A DNA stretch of 64,000 nucleotides from Acutalibacteraceae bacterium. GTDB taxonomy: Bacteria; Bacillota; Clostridia; Oscillospirales; Acutalibacteraceae. The notes beneath the pieces were generated by a model, which made no database searches, was not told the DNA's origin, and was given only the letters and a program-made list of their open reading frames with translations. The stretch is taken from contig JAZQQZ010000035.1 in NCBI GenBank assembly GCA_045629305.1, positions 47,626 through 111,625 on the forward strand, read 5' to 3'. A program made the translations under genes and the position numbers. Shown one piece after another: positions 27,259 through 36,280 of this stretch. The first letter of the stretch is position 1. Every line of letters starts with the position of its first letter.

Positions 27259-28440
27259 ATGCATTACCTTTTTACTTCGGAATCTGTAACAAAAGGACAT
27301 CCAGATAAAGTATGTGATCAGATAAGCGATGCAATACTTGATGCAATGCTAGCACAGGATAAAAACTCACGCGTAGCATGTGAGACCACGGCTACAACTA
27401 ATCAGGTTATGATTATGGGTGAGATTACAACATCTGCTGATGTAGATATAGAAAAAATCGCTCGCGAGACAATTAAAGAGATTGGCTACAACGATGACGC
27501 ACTTCTCTTTAATGGCGATAATTGCAATATGATTATTAATATTGATAAGCAGTCATCTGATATCGCTATGGGTGTAGATAAGTCACTTGAGCTCAAAGGT
27601 GGCGAAGAGGATGACTACAATCTCAACGGTGCAGGCGACCAGGGCATTATGTTCGGTTTCGCATGTGATGAGACACCTGAATATATGCCACTTCCAATAT
27701 CACTTGCTCACAAGCTCGCAAAGAAACTTCAGGAAGTTCGTGAGAATGGCACACTCTCTTATCTTCGCCCAGATGGTAAGACTCAGGTTACAGTTGAGTA
27801 TGATGAGAACAATATCCCTGTACGTGTAGATGCAATCGTTGTATCTACACAGCATGATGAGGACGTGGAACTTGAGCAGATTCGTGCAGATATCATTAAG
27901 TATGTCGTAAATGAAGTTGTTCCAGACAAATTCATTGATGACAATACAAAGTACTATATCAATCCAACAGGTCGTTTCGTAATCGGTGGACCTGCTGGCG
28001 ACTCAGGCCTCACAGGCCGTAAGATCATTGTCGATACTTATGGCGGATATGCTCGCCACGGTGGCGGAGCATTCTCCGGCAAGGATCCTACGAAGGTCGA
28101 TAGAAGTGCAACATATGCAGCAAGATGGGTTGCGAAGAATATCGTCGCAGCAGGTCTTGCAAGAAAATGTGAGATTCAGCTCTCATATGCAATAGGTGTT
28201 GCTCATCCTGTATCAATTATGGTTGAGACATTTGGCACTGAGACAGTTCCAGTTGAGAGTATTGTAATTGCAGTAAACAAGGTATTCGACCTTCGTCCTG
28301 CAGCAATCATTGATCAATTGAATCTTAGACAGCCAATCTATAAGAACCTTGCAGCTCTCGGTCATATGGGCCGTGAGGACCTCGATGTTTCTTTCGAGAA
28401 ACTCGACAAGGTCGATGCCCTTCGCGGGGCAGTAAAATAA
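27259..28440 (+). CDS. metK: S-adenosylmethionine synthase
   Basis: [52 protein letters not shown]. Confidence 0.97.
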   Translation: MHYLFTSESVTKGHPDKVCDQISDAILDAMLAQDKNSRVACETTATTNQVMIMGEITTSADVDIEKIARETIKEIGYNDDALLFNGDNCNMIINIDKQSSDIAMGVDKSLELKGGEEDDYNLNGAGDQGIMFGFACDETPEYMPLPISLAHKLAKKLQEVRENGTLSYLRPDGKTQVTVEYDENNIPVRVDAIVVSTQHDEDVELEQIRADIIKYVVNEVVPDKFIDDNTKYYINPTGRFVIGGPAGDSGLTGRKIIVDTYGGYARHGGGAFSGKDPTKVDRSATYAARWVAKNIVAAGLARKCEIQLSYAIGVAHPVSIMVETFGTETVPVESIVIAVNKVFDLRPAAIIDQLNLRQPIYKNLAALGHMGREDLDVSFEKLDKVDALRGAVK

Positions 28441-28443
28441 AAT

Positions 28444-28480
28444 AAAACTCCCAGTGATGACACTGGGAGTTTATTTTTTT
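28444..28480. terminator. Bidirectional terminator between metK and the convergent HAD gene
   Basis: AAACTCCCAGTG / CACTGGGAGTTT stem followed by a T-run. Confidence 0.8.
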
Positions 28481-29117
28481 AGAAAAATTTTAATATGTCA
28501 CTTGGCGTTTCGACCAAAGTCTTAGGGGCGAAGGGCGCGAGGTCCTCTTTACTGCGAAAGCCCCATAGGACAGAGATGCAAGGGAGACCTGCATTACTCG
28601 CTGTCTTGAGATCAACTTCCGAATCGCCGATATAGACTGTTCTACTTCTGTCCGCACCGAGGGTGTTGCACGCTTGCCATACCATATCGGGAGCGGGCTT
28701 CCTTATTTTGTAGTCCGTGACACCGATTGCGAAATCAACGCCGAAGAACTCATCGTTAAGTTTCTTTACAGCGTCGTCGACTTTATTTGAAACAATCGCT
28801 TGTTTTATACCTCTGCTATGAAGTTCGTTTATGACATCTACGACTCCGTCATAAGGTCTTGTGTTGTCAAGATTGTGATCTTTATAATATTCACAGAAGA
28901 GGTCGTATGATTTGTCATAGTCTGGATTATCTGCACCATTTGGAATGGCGAGCTCCACGAGTTTCTTTACGCCATTGCCCACGAACACTCTGATATCATC
29001 GAGCGGACGCTCGGGATATCCTAGCATGCGCATAGCGTAGTTCACAGCATTCTGAAGATCAATCAATGTATCAAGTAGGGTACCGTCAAGGTCCCAGATG
29101 ACTGTATCATACATCAC
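28479..29117 (-). CDS. HAD-IA family hydrolase (phosphoglycolate phosphatase-like)
   Basis: DLDGTLLDT motif I, VSNK motif II, GDSEVD motif IV. Confidence 0.8.
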   Translation of the reverse strand: MMYDTVIWDLDGTLLDTLIDLQNAVNYAMRMLGYPERPLDDIRVFVGNGVKKLVELAIPNGADNPDYDKSYDLFCEYYKDHNLDNTRPYDGVVDVINELHSRGIKQAIVSNKVDDAVKKLNDEFFGVDFAIGVTDYKIRKPAPDMVWQACNTLGADRSRTVYIGDSEVDLKTASNAGLPCISVLWGFRSKEDLAPFAPKTLVETPSDILKFF

Positions 29118-30571
29118 TTTGTGCTGTGCTCCTTGAGAAGGCGATATTTTTCTTCATAGAGTGCCTTTGAGAGGTCAACCCAATACTGGTGCGGGTGCTC
29201 GAAACGGATACACTCATCCCAGAGAGTAGCGAGCTGTTCCTTGCAATACTGCTGAGTCTCAGTAGCTGTCTTTGGCTCGTAGAGACATTTGCCGTTCTCG
29301 AAAATCTTTACAAGAAGTGGCTTCGCAATATAGTTTTCAATTGTCTTCTGCTTCCATGTGTAGTTAGGGTCGAAGAGAAGATATGGCTTGTTATCGTCAA
29401 TCACTTCACCAGCGATTGTAAGAACATCTGCTTCGGCTTTGCCTGTTTCTTTATCGTAGAAACGATATACCTCTTTGTTGCAAGGTGTTGTGATTTTGGC
29501 AACGTTTTCGGATATCTTAATCTTCGGTGTAATTGTTCCGTCTGGCTCCTCGATTGCTACAAGTTTATAAACACCGTCGAGAACCGGATGAGATGATGAT
29601 GTGATAAGACGCTCACCAACTCCGAAAGAATCAACTTTTGCCCCCTGGAGAAGCATGTCACGGATGATATATTCGTCGAGTGAGTTGGATGCGCAGATCT
29701 TACAGTCTGGGAATCCAGCCTCGTCGAGCATCTGTCTTGCTTTCTTAGAGAGATATGTGATATCACCACTGTCGATACGGATACCAGCTGGTCTATGACC
29801 GTTTGGTACAAGTACTTCGTTAAATACTTTGATAGCGTTAGGAATACCGGACTTTAGTACGTTGTAGGTATCTACAAGGAGAGTACATGAGTCAGGATAT
29901 TCTTCGGCGTAAGCTTTGAATGCTTCGTATTCAGAATCGAAGAGTTGTACCCAGCTGTGAGCCATTGTGCCGAGGGCAGGGATACCGAAGTCACGGCCAT
30001 CAAGGGTACAAGCTGTACCGATGCAGCCACCGATATATGCTGCGCGTGCACCGAGGATAGCACCCTGTGCTGACTGTGCACGACGTGATCCGAATTCCAT
30101 TACGGCACGACCGTCAGCTGCGCGTACAACACGGTTAGCCTTAGTGGCGATAAGACTCTGATGATTGACTGTGAGAAGAATCATTGTCTCGAGGAACTGT
30201 GCCTGTATCATAGGACCGCGTACCTTGATGATTGGCTCATATGGGAATACAGGTGTACCCTCAGGGATAGCCCATACATCACATGAGAACTTGAAGTTCT
30301 TCAAGTAGTCGAGGAATTCCTCACAGAATCCACGTGTGCGAAGATATGCGATATCTTCGTCAGTGAATTTGAGTTTATTGAGATAGTCCACAACCTGTTC
30401 TACACCGCACATGATTACGAAACCACCATTGTCTGGGATGGTTCTATAGAACATATCAAAGTATCCGATGACATCTTTAAATCCGTTCTTAAAGTAACCA
30501 TTTGCCATGGTGAGTTCATAGAAATCTGTGAGTAATGTGAGGTTTATTTCACTATCGTAAATTTTGCTCAT
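29114..30571 (-). CDS. pncB: Nicotinate phosphoribosyltransferase
   Basis: LLTDFYELTMANGYF, GTMAHSWVQ and RIDSGD motifs. 4-nt overlap with the downstream HAD gene. Confidence 0.9.
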   Translation of the reverse strand: MSKIYDSEINLTLLTDFYELTMANGYFKNGFKDVIGYFDMFYRTIPDNGGFVIMCGVEQVVDYLNKLKFTDEDIAYLRTRGFCEEFLDYLKNFKFSCDVWAIPEGTPVFPYEPIIKVRGPMIQAQFLETMILLTVNHQSLIATKANRVVRAADGRAVMEFGSRRAQSAQGAILGARAAYIGGCIGTACTLDGRDFGIPALGTMAHSWVQLFDSEYEAFKAYAEEYPDSCTLLVDTYNVLKSGIPNAIKVFNEVLVPNGHRPAGIRIDSGDITYLSKKARQMLDEAGFPDCKICASNSLDEYIIRDMLLQGAKVDSFGVGERLITSSSHPVLDGVYKLVAIEEPDGTITPKIKISENVAKITTPCNKEVYRFYDKETGKAEADVLTIAGEVIDDNKPYLLFDPNYTWKQKTIENYIAKPLLVKIFENGKCLYEPKTATETQQYCKEQLATLWDECIRFEHPHQYWVDLSKALYEEKYRLLKEHSTK

Positions 30572-30618
30572 TGCAATAACCCCTTTTCTTGGGTAAAAGA
30601 TATATGCATTATAAACTA

Positions 30619-30663
30619 TTGCTTATTTTTATGCAAGGTATTATAATTTTTCTAAATTAGAAA
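30619..30663 (+). promoter_or_regulatory. Promoter (TTGCTT-17-TATAAT) followed by the 15-bp perfect palindrome TTTCTAA-A-TTAGAAA
   Basis: -35 at 30619-30624, -10 at 30642-30647, palindrome at 30649-30663 right at the expected start site. Confidence 0.5.
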
Positions 30664-30682
30664 TATATATAGGGAGAAATCT

Positions 30683-30925
30683 ATGAGAATTCGTGAACAA
30701 ATAAGAGGCGATAAAAATATTTCTGGGGCAAGAATTGAAGCCATCAGAAAAGAGAGAGGAATAAAGCAGGTTGAAATGATTGAGTCACTTGCGATTCAAG
30801 GTATCGAAATGACGAGCTCTGGGCTGTCTAAAATAGAGGGACAGCACAGAGGCATCAACGATTTCGAACTCCTTGCAATCGCTAATACTCTCAATGTATC
30901 AGTTGACTATTTACTTGGAAGGTAA
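30683..30925 (+). CDS. XRE-family helix-turn-helix transcriptional regulator
   Basis: 80 aa. IEAIRKERGIKQVEMIESLAIQGIEMTSSGLSKIEGQHRGINDFELLAIANTLNVSVDYLL is a typical HTH_3 pattern. Confidence 0.8.
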   Translation: MRIREQIRGDKNISGARIEAIRKERGIKQVEMIESLAIQGIEMTSSGLSKIEGQHRGINDFELLAIANTLNVSVDYLLGR

Positions 30926-30930
30926 TCATT

Positions 30931-31485
30931 TTGAAAGACTTAATTAAACTTTTCGTGGCCTTTTTTAAGATAGGCCTTTTTACAATAGGCGGTGGCTATG
31001 CAATGCTTCCTCTTATGCAGCGCGAAGCCGTTGAGAAAAACGACTGGGCTACAGACGAGGAAATGCTTGATATATATACGCTTAGCCAATGCACGCCAGG
31101 CGTTATTGCCGTAAATACGGCAACCTTTATAGGCCGAAAAGTCAAAGGCTTTTTCGGCGCTCTTTTCGCAACGCTTGGCGTAATTACACCGAGCCTTATT
31201 ATAATTTCTCTCATCGCTCTTTTCTTCACATCATTTGCGGATAATCAATATGTCATCTCCGCATTCATAGCAGTGCGCTCTGCAGTCGCAGCACTTATGA
31301 TAACCGCCGTCATTAAGATGGTGAAGAAGAACAAGATCAAATCGGCGTTGCAGATAGGAATACTTGCTGTAGCATTTGCTGCCACATCCTTCCTACATGT
31401 TTCACCGGTGTTCGTAGTTCTTATTGCGGCTCTTTTCGGTTTCCTTGTTGATACAAGAAATAAGGAGGTGGCAGAGAATGAATAA
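30931..31485 (+). CDS. Chromate transporter (ChrA/CHR family) half-protein
   Basis: FFKIGLFTIGGGYAMLPLMQREAVEK..., LSQCTPGVIAVN. TTG start. Confidence 0.8.
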   Translation: MKDLIKLFVAFFKIGLFTIGGGYAMLPLMQREAVEKNDWATDEEMLDIYTLSQCTPGVIAVNTATFIGRKVKGFFGALFATLGVITPSLIIISLIALFFTSFADNQYVISAFIAVRSAVAALMITAVIKMVKKNKIKSALQIGILAVAFAATSFLHVSPVFVVLIAALFGFLVDTRNKEVAENE

Positions 31486-32026
31486 TCTCCTCCTTATGTG
31501 CCTAGAATTCTTTAAAACAGGGCTGTTCTCAATAGGCGGCGGACTCGCAACCATACCATTTCTCACACAAATTTCCGAGAAGCATCCAGATTGGTACACA
31601 CTTGATGAATTGTCCAATATGATTGCCGTTGCGGAGTCAACTCCGGGACCTATTGGAGTCAATGTTGCCACTTATGCGGGCTTCATAACAAATGGAATCC
31701 TCGGTGGACTTGTTGCGACACTTTCGCTTGTCCTGCCATCCTTCCTCTGCATTTTAATTATCTACAGATTCTGGCAGAAATATAAAGAAAACGATAAGGT
31801 ACAGAAAGTGTTCGCTGCACTGCGTGCGGCAGGGCTTGGACTTATTGCCGCAGCTTGCTTTACAGTGTTTAAAAATGCTGTATTCCCAGGTGGTACATTT
31901 GACGTGTCATCCCTTGTGATTTTCCTTGCGTTTCTCGGCGCTATGCAAATACCCAAACTCGAGAAAGTTCATCCGCTTGTTTACATTCTTGTTGCAGCGG
32001 TACTTGGCATTATCTTGAAACTTTAA
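31478..32026 (+). CDS. Chromate transporter (ChrA/CHR family) half-protein
   Basis: FFKTGLFSIGGGLATIPFL..., AESTPGPIGVN. ATG 31478 behind AAGGAGG overlaps the upstream gene end. Confidence 0.8.
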   Translation: MNNLLLMCLEFFKTGLFSIGGGLATIPFLTQISEKHPDWYTLDELSNMIAVAESTPGPIGVNVATYAGFITNGILGGLVATLSLVLPSFLCILIIYRFWQKYKENDKVQKVFAALRAAGLGLIAAACFTVFKNAVFPGGTFDVSSLVIFLAFLGAMQIPKLEKVHPLVYILVAAVLGIILKL

Positions 32027-32035
32027 GGTGATAGT

Positions 32036-32737
32036 ATGGAGCATACAGAATATACGATAAAAACTGACAAGGTCAGTAGAGATTACACCTTCGTTATGCT
32101 CAGTGATATGCATAACAGGAAAGAAGAGGCGAAGGAGGCACTATCACTCACACGCTTCGTCTTACCAGATGCTATTTTTATAATTGGTGATTTAGTTGAT
32201 AGACATAGACGTAAGTGCGATTTCGCACTTCCGTTTATAAGCGAGTGCAGTGCTATAGCGCCGACCTATTTCGCATATGGTAATCACGAGATAAAATTCC
32301 CTGTGATTTTCGAAAATGATATTCTAAGAGCGGGCGCTAAGGTCGTCCTCGACAACTCGTTTACATTCATTGATGATAAATGTGAGATTGTTGTCGGAGG
32401 ACAGCGACCGAAGAGCATATATACATGGCTCCGTGATTTCGAAGAACTGGATGCATTCAAGATTCTTCTCGATCACCATCCTGAGCATTATAAAGAATAT
32501 CTAAAAGATGAACATCCGGAGATAGACCTTGTTATTTCGGCACATGCACACGGTGGCCAGATAAGGGTGCTGGGCCGTGGAATCCTGGCCCCTGGCCAGG
32601 GACTTTTCCCGAAATACACTAAGGGACTTTATGATGATAGACTGATTGTAGGTACTGGAATCTCTAATACAGGAGCTCCGATACCACGTTTAGGAAATCC
32701 TACAGAGATAGTGGTAATTCATATAAATAGGGCATAA
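32036..32737 (+). CDS. Calcineurin-like metallophosphoesterase
   Basis: LSDMHN, GDLVD, GNHE, SAHAHGGQ metal-ligand motifs. Confidence 0.8.
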   Translation: MEHTEYTIKTDKVSRDYTFVMLSDMHNRKEEAKEALSLTRFVLPDAIFIIGDLVDRHRRKCDFALPFISECSAIAPTYFAYGNHEIKFPVIFENDILRAGAKVVLDNSFTFIDDKCEIVVGGQRPKSIYTWLRDFEELDAFKILLDHHPEHYKEYLKDEHPEIDLVISAHAHGGQIRVLGRGILAPGQGLFPKYTKGLYDDRLIVGTGISNTGAPIPRLGNPTEIVVIHINRA

Positions 32738-32738
32738 G

Positions 32739-32772
32739 AAAAGGGCTTGGAATTTCCAAGCCCTTAATTTTA
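32739..32772. terminator. Bidirectional terminator
   Basis: AAGGGCTTGG / CCAAGCCCTT stem, loop AATTT, T-run downstream and A-run upstream. Confidence 0.8.
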
Positions 32773-33357
32773 TTTCTTTAGAATTGGTGAGATTCGTTTG
32801 TAGATTATGAATGTGATCGCCGCATCTATGATTCCCTTTATGAATGTGAAAGGCAAATTGAAGATGAGAATGCCTTGCCATAAGTTGTCTATTGTAGGGA
32901 TAATAACTTGGTACATTTGGAGAATTACATCAAGTGGAACAAGCACTTTGCTATAGAGCGGATAGATTATGAAGTAATTAAGCGGAATGCAGATAATAGA
33001 CATAACTAGGGCTCCGACGAGAGAAGCGAGGAGCGCGCCTTTCTTGGTCTTATTATGCTTGTAAATAATTCCTGCAGGGACAACAAATGCACAACCCAAA
33101 ATGAAGTTGGAAAGTTCGCCTATGAACATTGAAGAAGAAAGAGGCAAATGGATTAAGTTCTTGATAAGGCATACGGCGGCGCCTGACAATGGGCCGTATG
33201 CGAATGTGATTATGAGTTCAGGAATATCGGATATGTCGAACTTTAAGAATTCTGGAACCCAAGGGATTGAAAACTCGATGAACTGAAGCACCATAGCTAC
33301 TGCAGCCATGATGGCGATAGATGTCATCCTTCTAACATTTTGATTGCTCTTTGCCAT
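32770..33357 (-). CDS. ribU: ECF-transporter S component, riboflavin-type (RibU-like)
   Basis: MAKSNQNVRRMTSIAIMAAVAMVLQF... multi-TM protein directly downstream of an FMN riboswitch. The true ATG is at 33357. The longer ORF in the track reads through the riboswitch. Confidence 0.8.
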   Translation of the reverse strand: MAKSNQNVRRMTSIAIMAAVAMVLQFIEFSIPWVPEFLKFDISDIPELIITFAYGPLSGAAVCLIKNLIHLPLSSSMFIGELSNFILGCAFVVPAGIIYKHNKTKKGALLASLVGALVMSIICIPLNYFIIYPLYSKVLVPLDVILQMYQVIIPTIDNLWQGILIFNLPFTFIKGIIDAAITFIIYKRISPILKK

Positions 33358-33370
33358 ATTAATTCTCCTT

Positions 33371-33528
33371 AAAAATAAAAGAGCCCTGCGAAAAATCGCA
33401 GGGCTAAAAGACGTATATCTCTTCTTCCATCCAGACTTTAACTGTCGGTACTGGAATCTCACCAGTTCAGCCATTGGCTCGCGGACTTTACCGCCGGTGG
33501 GGATTTACACCCCGCCCTGAAGATAATT
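33371..33528 (-). promoter_or_regulatory. FMN (RFN) riboswitch with an intrinsic terminator
   Basis: The minus strand reads TCTTCAGGGCGGGGTGTAAATCCCCACCGGCGGTAAAGTCCGCGAGCC...GGTGAGATTCCAGTACCGACAGTTAAAGTCTGGATGGAAGAAG, then the terminator AGCCCTGCGATTTTTCGCAGGGCTCTTTTATTTTT. The promoter TTGACA-17-TAAAAT lies just upstream (about 33529-33558). Confidence 0.9.
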
Positions 33529-33559
33529 GAATTTTATCACTATGACTCTGCTATGTCAA

Positions 33560-34840
33560 CTATGACAAAGCGCTTAACATATGGGCTCTGACGTCACCGG
33601 CGAGGTAAAGCGAGCCACATACAACAAGGGCTTCATCAGGCGAAATGCCGGAGATGGCAAGGTCAAATGCTTTACACGGGTCACTGCAGGCGGTGACATT
33701 GCTGCAAATTGGAGCAATTTGCTTTGCGAGTTCATCTGCATCCATAGCGCGAGGATTGGACGGAGTTGTCGTAACTACGCGCTTCGCAAGAGGTGCAAGG
33801 TGACCTAGTACCGCGTCGACTTCCTTGTCAGCCATGACTCCGATGACGAGAGTTATCGGCTTATTCACGTAGGATGACAATGTCTTAGCAAGCGCGTGGG
33901 CTCCATCTTCGTTATGACCACCGTCAAGTATGACGAGTGGTTCTTTGTTTAACACTTCAACTCTTGCAGGAATTGTAACTGCTTCGAGTCCCGCTCCGAC
34001 AGCTGACTTTGGAATAGAGAAGCCCTGTGCTCTCAGTGCATCGATTATTGCAAGTGTAACTGATAGATTGTCTACTTGGTGAGGACCGAGGAGAGGGAGT
34101 AAGACGTTCATGCCGTCGAAACGGACCTTCTGTCCGTCGATGCCCTCGGAGCGGACCTCAATACCGCTCGGATCTGCAACGATGAACTCGTTGCTCTTCT
34201 CTGTCGCAGTATCACGTAGCACTTTGAGTGCACTCTCTATCTGATGAGGAGCGGAGATTGTAACTCCGCCATCTTTGATTATTCCAGCCTTCTGCGCGGC
34301 AATTTCTTCTATTGTGTCGCCGAGCACTCCCATGTGGTCGAAAGATAATGAAACTATTGCAGAGATAAGAGGTGTATCTATTACATTGGTGGAATCAAGA
34401 AGTCCGCCAAGACCTACCTCAAGTACAACGATGTCGCAGTTTTCTCTCTTAAAGAAGAGAAATGCGATAGCAGTGATAACTTCAAATTCAGTTGGTGAAT
34501 TATCTTCTTCGTCGAGTTTATCGACGATTTTCTTTACCTCTGCTGTGATTCTTGCAAGGGCAGATTTCTCGATATATTCTCCGTCAAGCTGAATTCTCTC
34601 TCTAAAGTCTGAAACATATGGTGACGTAAATAGTCCGGTCTTATAGCCGGCCGATGATAATATGCTCGCGGTCTCGGTACATACGGAACCCTTTCCATTA
34701 GTACCTGCAACGTGAACATATTTGAGTCCCTTCTCCGGATGATCGAGAGCATCAAGCAAAGCGTTGATACGCTCGAACCCAGGCCTTGAGCCAAATACTG
34801 CACGACTCTCTATGTAATTTAGAGCTTCATCGTAATTCAT
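33560..34840 (-). CDS. folC: Bifunctional folylpolyglutamate synthase / dihydrofolate synthase
   Basis: HVAGTNGKGSV P-loop. Mur-ligase layout, 426 aa. Confidence 0.9.
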   Translation of the reverse strand: MNYDEALNYIESRAVFGSRPGFERINALLDALDHPEKGLKYVHVAGTNGKGSVCTETASILSSAGYKTGLFTSPYVSDFRERIQLDGEYIEKSALARITAEVKKIVDKLDEEDNSPTEFEVITAIAFLFFKRENCDIVVLEVGLGGLLDSTNVIDTPLISAIVSLSFDHMGVLGDTIEEIAAQKAGIIKDGGVTISAPHQIESALKVLRDTATEKSNEFIVADPSGIEVRSEGIDGQKVRFDGMNVLLPLLGPHQVDNLSVTLAIIDALRAQGFSIPKSAVGAGLEAVTIPARVEVLNKEPLVILDGGHNEDGAHALAKTLSSYVNKPITLVIGVMADKEVDAVLGHLAPLAKRVVTTTPSNPRAMDADELAKQIAPICSNVTACSDPCKAFDLAISGISPDEALVVCGSLYLAGDVRAHMLSALS

Positions 34841-34860
34841 AGCACGTCTTCTTTCATAAG

Positions 34861-35583
34861 TTATGCGGAATATACGCAGGTATAGTCCTCGATAAATTTT
34901 TCCCTAGCTTCTGAAAAGTCATTTTTACGTCTTCTGCTGATTGGAATCTCTTCGCCATTTGTAAGAATTATTGTATTGGTGCCAACCGAAATGGATCTTA
35001 TATTGATAAGGTTGACGATACATGACTTGTGGCACTGTATGAAGAAATCCTCAGGCAGTTGATTGTAGACTTGGAAAAGTGGAAGGGTGGTGACATCCAC
35101 ATGATCTTTCGTAACGATATGGGTCTCCCTGTTGGAAGAAGTCACATATAGAATCTCGTTGGTACGGTAGTGGAGTCTACGTCTTCCAGTTGCTATAACG
35201 ATTGTCTTCTTAGATACCTGGACATTGCGTATACTGTCTATGACTTCATAGACATCCTTATCGGCGATAGGCGGCTTTAGAACTCGAAATGCACCTGGTT
35301 TATATCCCTCATAGGCATCTTTTACATCATTAGATATAAGCACCATGGGTAGGTCAATTCCATGCTCTCGAAGTAGCGCCGCAGTGTCTGTGACGCTTCT
35401 ATCTTCAAAGCAATCGTCGATAAACAGTATACCATTCATATTTTCTATTTTCAAAAGCTTTTTGATGCTGTGGTATGAGTAGAGATTGACCTCTACAATC
35501 TTCTGTGAACTATATTTTGCTGCGATACTTCTAAGTCCATTTTCAGTGATTTGATTACTGGATAATATGTGAATGTTTAGCAA
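34861..35583 (-). CDS. LytTR-family DNA-binding regulator with a degenerate receiver-like N-domain
   Basis: The C-terminal LytTR pattern is ILYVTSSNRETHIVTKDHVDVTTLPLFQVYNQLPEDFFIQCHKSCIVNLINI. The N-domain has ILFIDD and VLKPP but IHILSSNQ in place of the acidic DD pocket. Confidence 0.75.
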   Translation of the reverse strand: MLNIHILSSNQITENGLRSIAAKYSSQKIVEVNLYSYHSIKKLLKIENMNGILFIDDCFEDRSVTDTAALLREHGIDLPMVLISNDVKDAYEGYKPGAFRVLKPPIADKDVYEVIDSIRNVQVSKKTIVIATGRRRLHYRTNEILYVTSSNRETHIVTKDHVDVTTLPLFQVYNQLPEDFFIQCHKSCIVNLINIRSISVGTNTIILTNGEEIPISRRRKNDFSEAREKFIEDYTCVYSA

Positions 35584-35685
35584 AAATATTTCCTCCTTGT
35601 GTCACCTCCGGTAGAAAGGTAAACAAAATCAAAATATAAAAACACAAAATATGCAAGTTCTTTGCCACGCAAAATGAGATAGATT

Positions 35686-35713
35686 ACCACTTATGTATTA
35701 TTTTTGACCACTT
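35686..35713 (+). promoter_or_regulatory. Direct repeat T(T/G)ACCACTT x2 with 21-bp periodicity; candidate LytTR binding site
   Basis: ACCACTT at 35686-35692 and at 35707-35713. The 10-nt windows TTACCACTTA and TGACCACTTG share 8 of 10 positions. The second copy abuts a TGAAC (35713-35717) -35-like element. Confidence 0.35.
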
Positions 35714-35785
35714 GAACTAAAAGGGAGATTTTTGTAAATAATTGTTCTACTATTGGTTCTAAAACTCTAAGTCATAGGTGAGTTT

Positions 35786-36280
35786 ATGGAGGAATTGTTC
35801 AAACGGTATTGGGGATCACTTGTCTTGGACGCCAATTATCGCTTGGGCGATAGAGGGCTCGCCGAGGATTGCGCGCAGGAGACGTTCATGCTTTTCTACG
35901 ATAAGCTGAACTCTGGCGCACGGTTCGATGACGAGGCGGCGATAAGGGCCTTCCTGTTCCGCACCAACAGATTTATATCCATGCATATGATACGGGCGCG
36001 GGAACAGGAGAGGAAGGCCCTATGTGATGTGGCTGACAATGATATAGAGGAAAACTATGTATCTCTTGAGAACCAAGAGATACTTGACTCCGCCCTCTCG
36101 AGTATGCCGTATCGTAATGCCGTATTCACTGTATGGCATTACGGTTATGATGCGACATACGAGCAGATGGCGGAGCAACTTGGCGAGAGCAAGGACGCCG
36201 TCAAGAAGGCGACCGAGCGGGCCTTGAAGGATCTTAAATTGGCAATGGAGGACAGGGAGAATGATAAGCGAGATAAATAG
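35786..36280 (+). CDS. ECF-type (group 4) sigma-70 family RNA polymerase sigma factor
   Basis: 164 aa. Region 2-like LAEDCAQETFMLFYDKL and region 4 HTH-like TYEQMAEQLGESKDAVKKATERALKDLK. Confidence 0.8.
   Translation: MEELFKRYWGSLVLDANYRLGDRGLAEDCAQETFMLFYDKLNSGARFDDEAAIRAFLFRTNRFISMHMIRAREQERKALCDVADNDIEENYVSLENQEILDSALSSMPYRNAVFTVWHYGYDATYEQMAEQLGESKDAVKKATERALKDLKLAMEDRENDKRDK

Noticed and set aside
33358-33474. The 5' extension of the ribU ORF (MAELVRFQYRQLKSGW...)
   Set aside because: This stretch is the FMN riboswitch and its terminator read as protein. The real start is ATG 33357, directly after an RBS.
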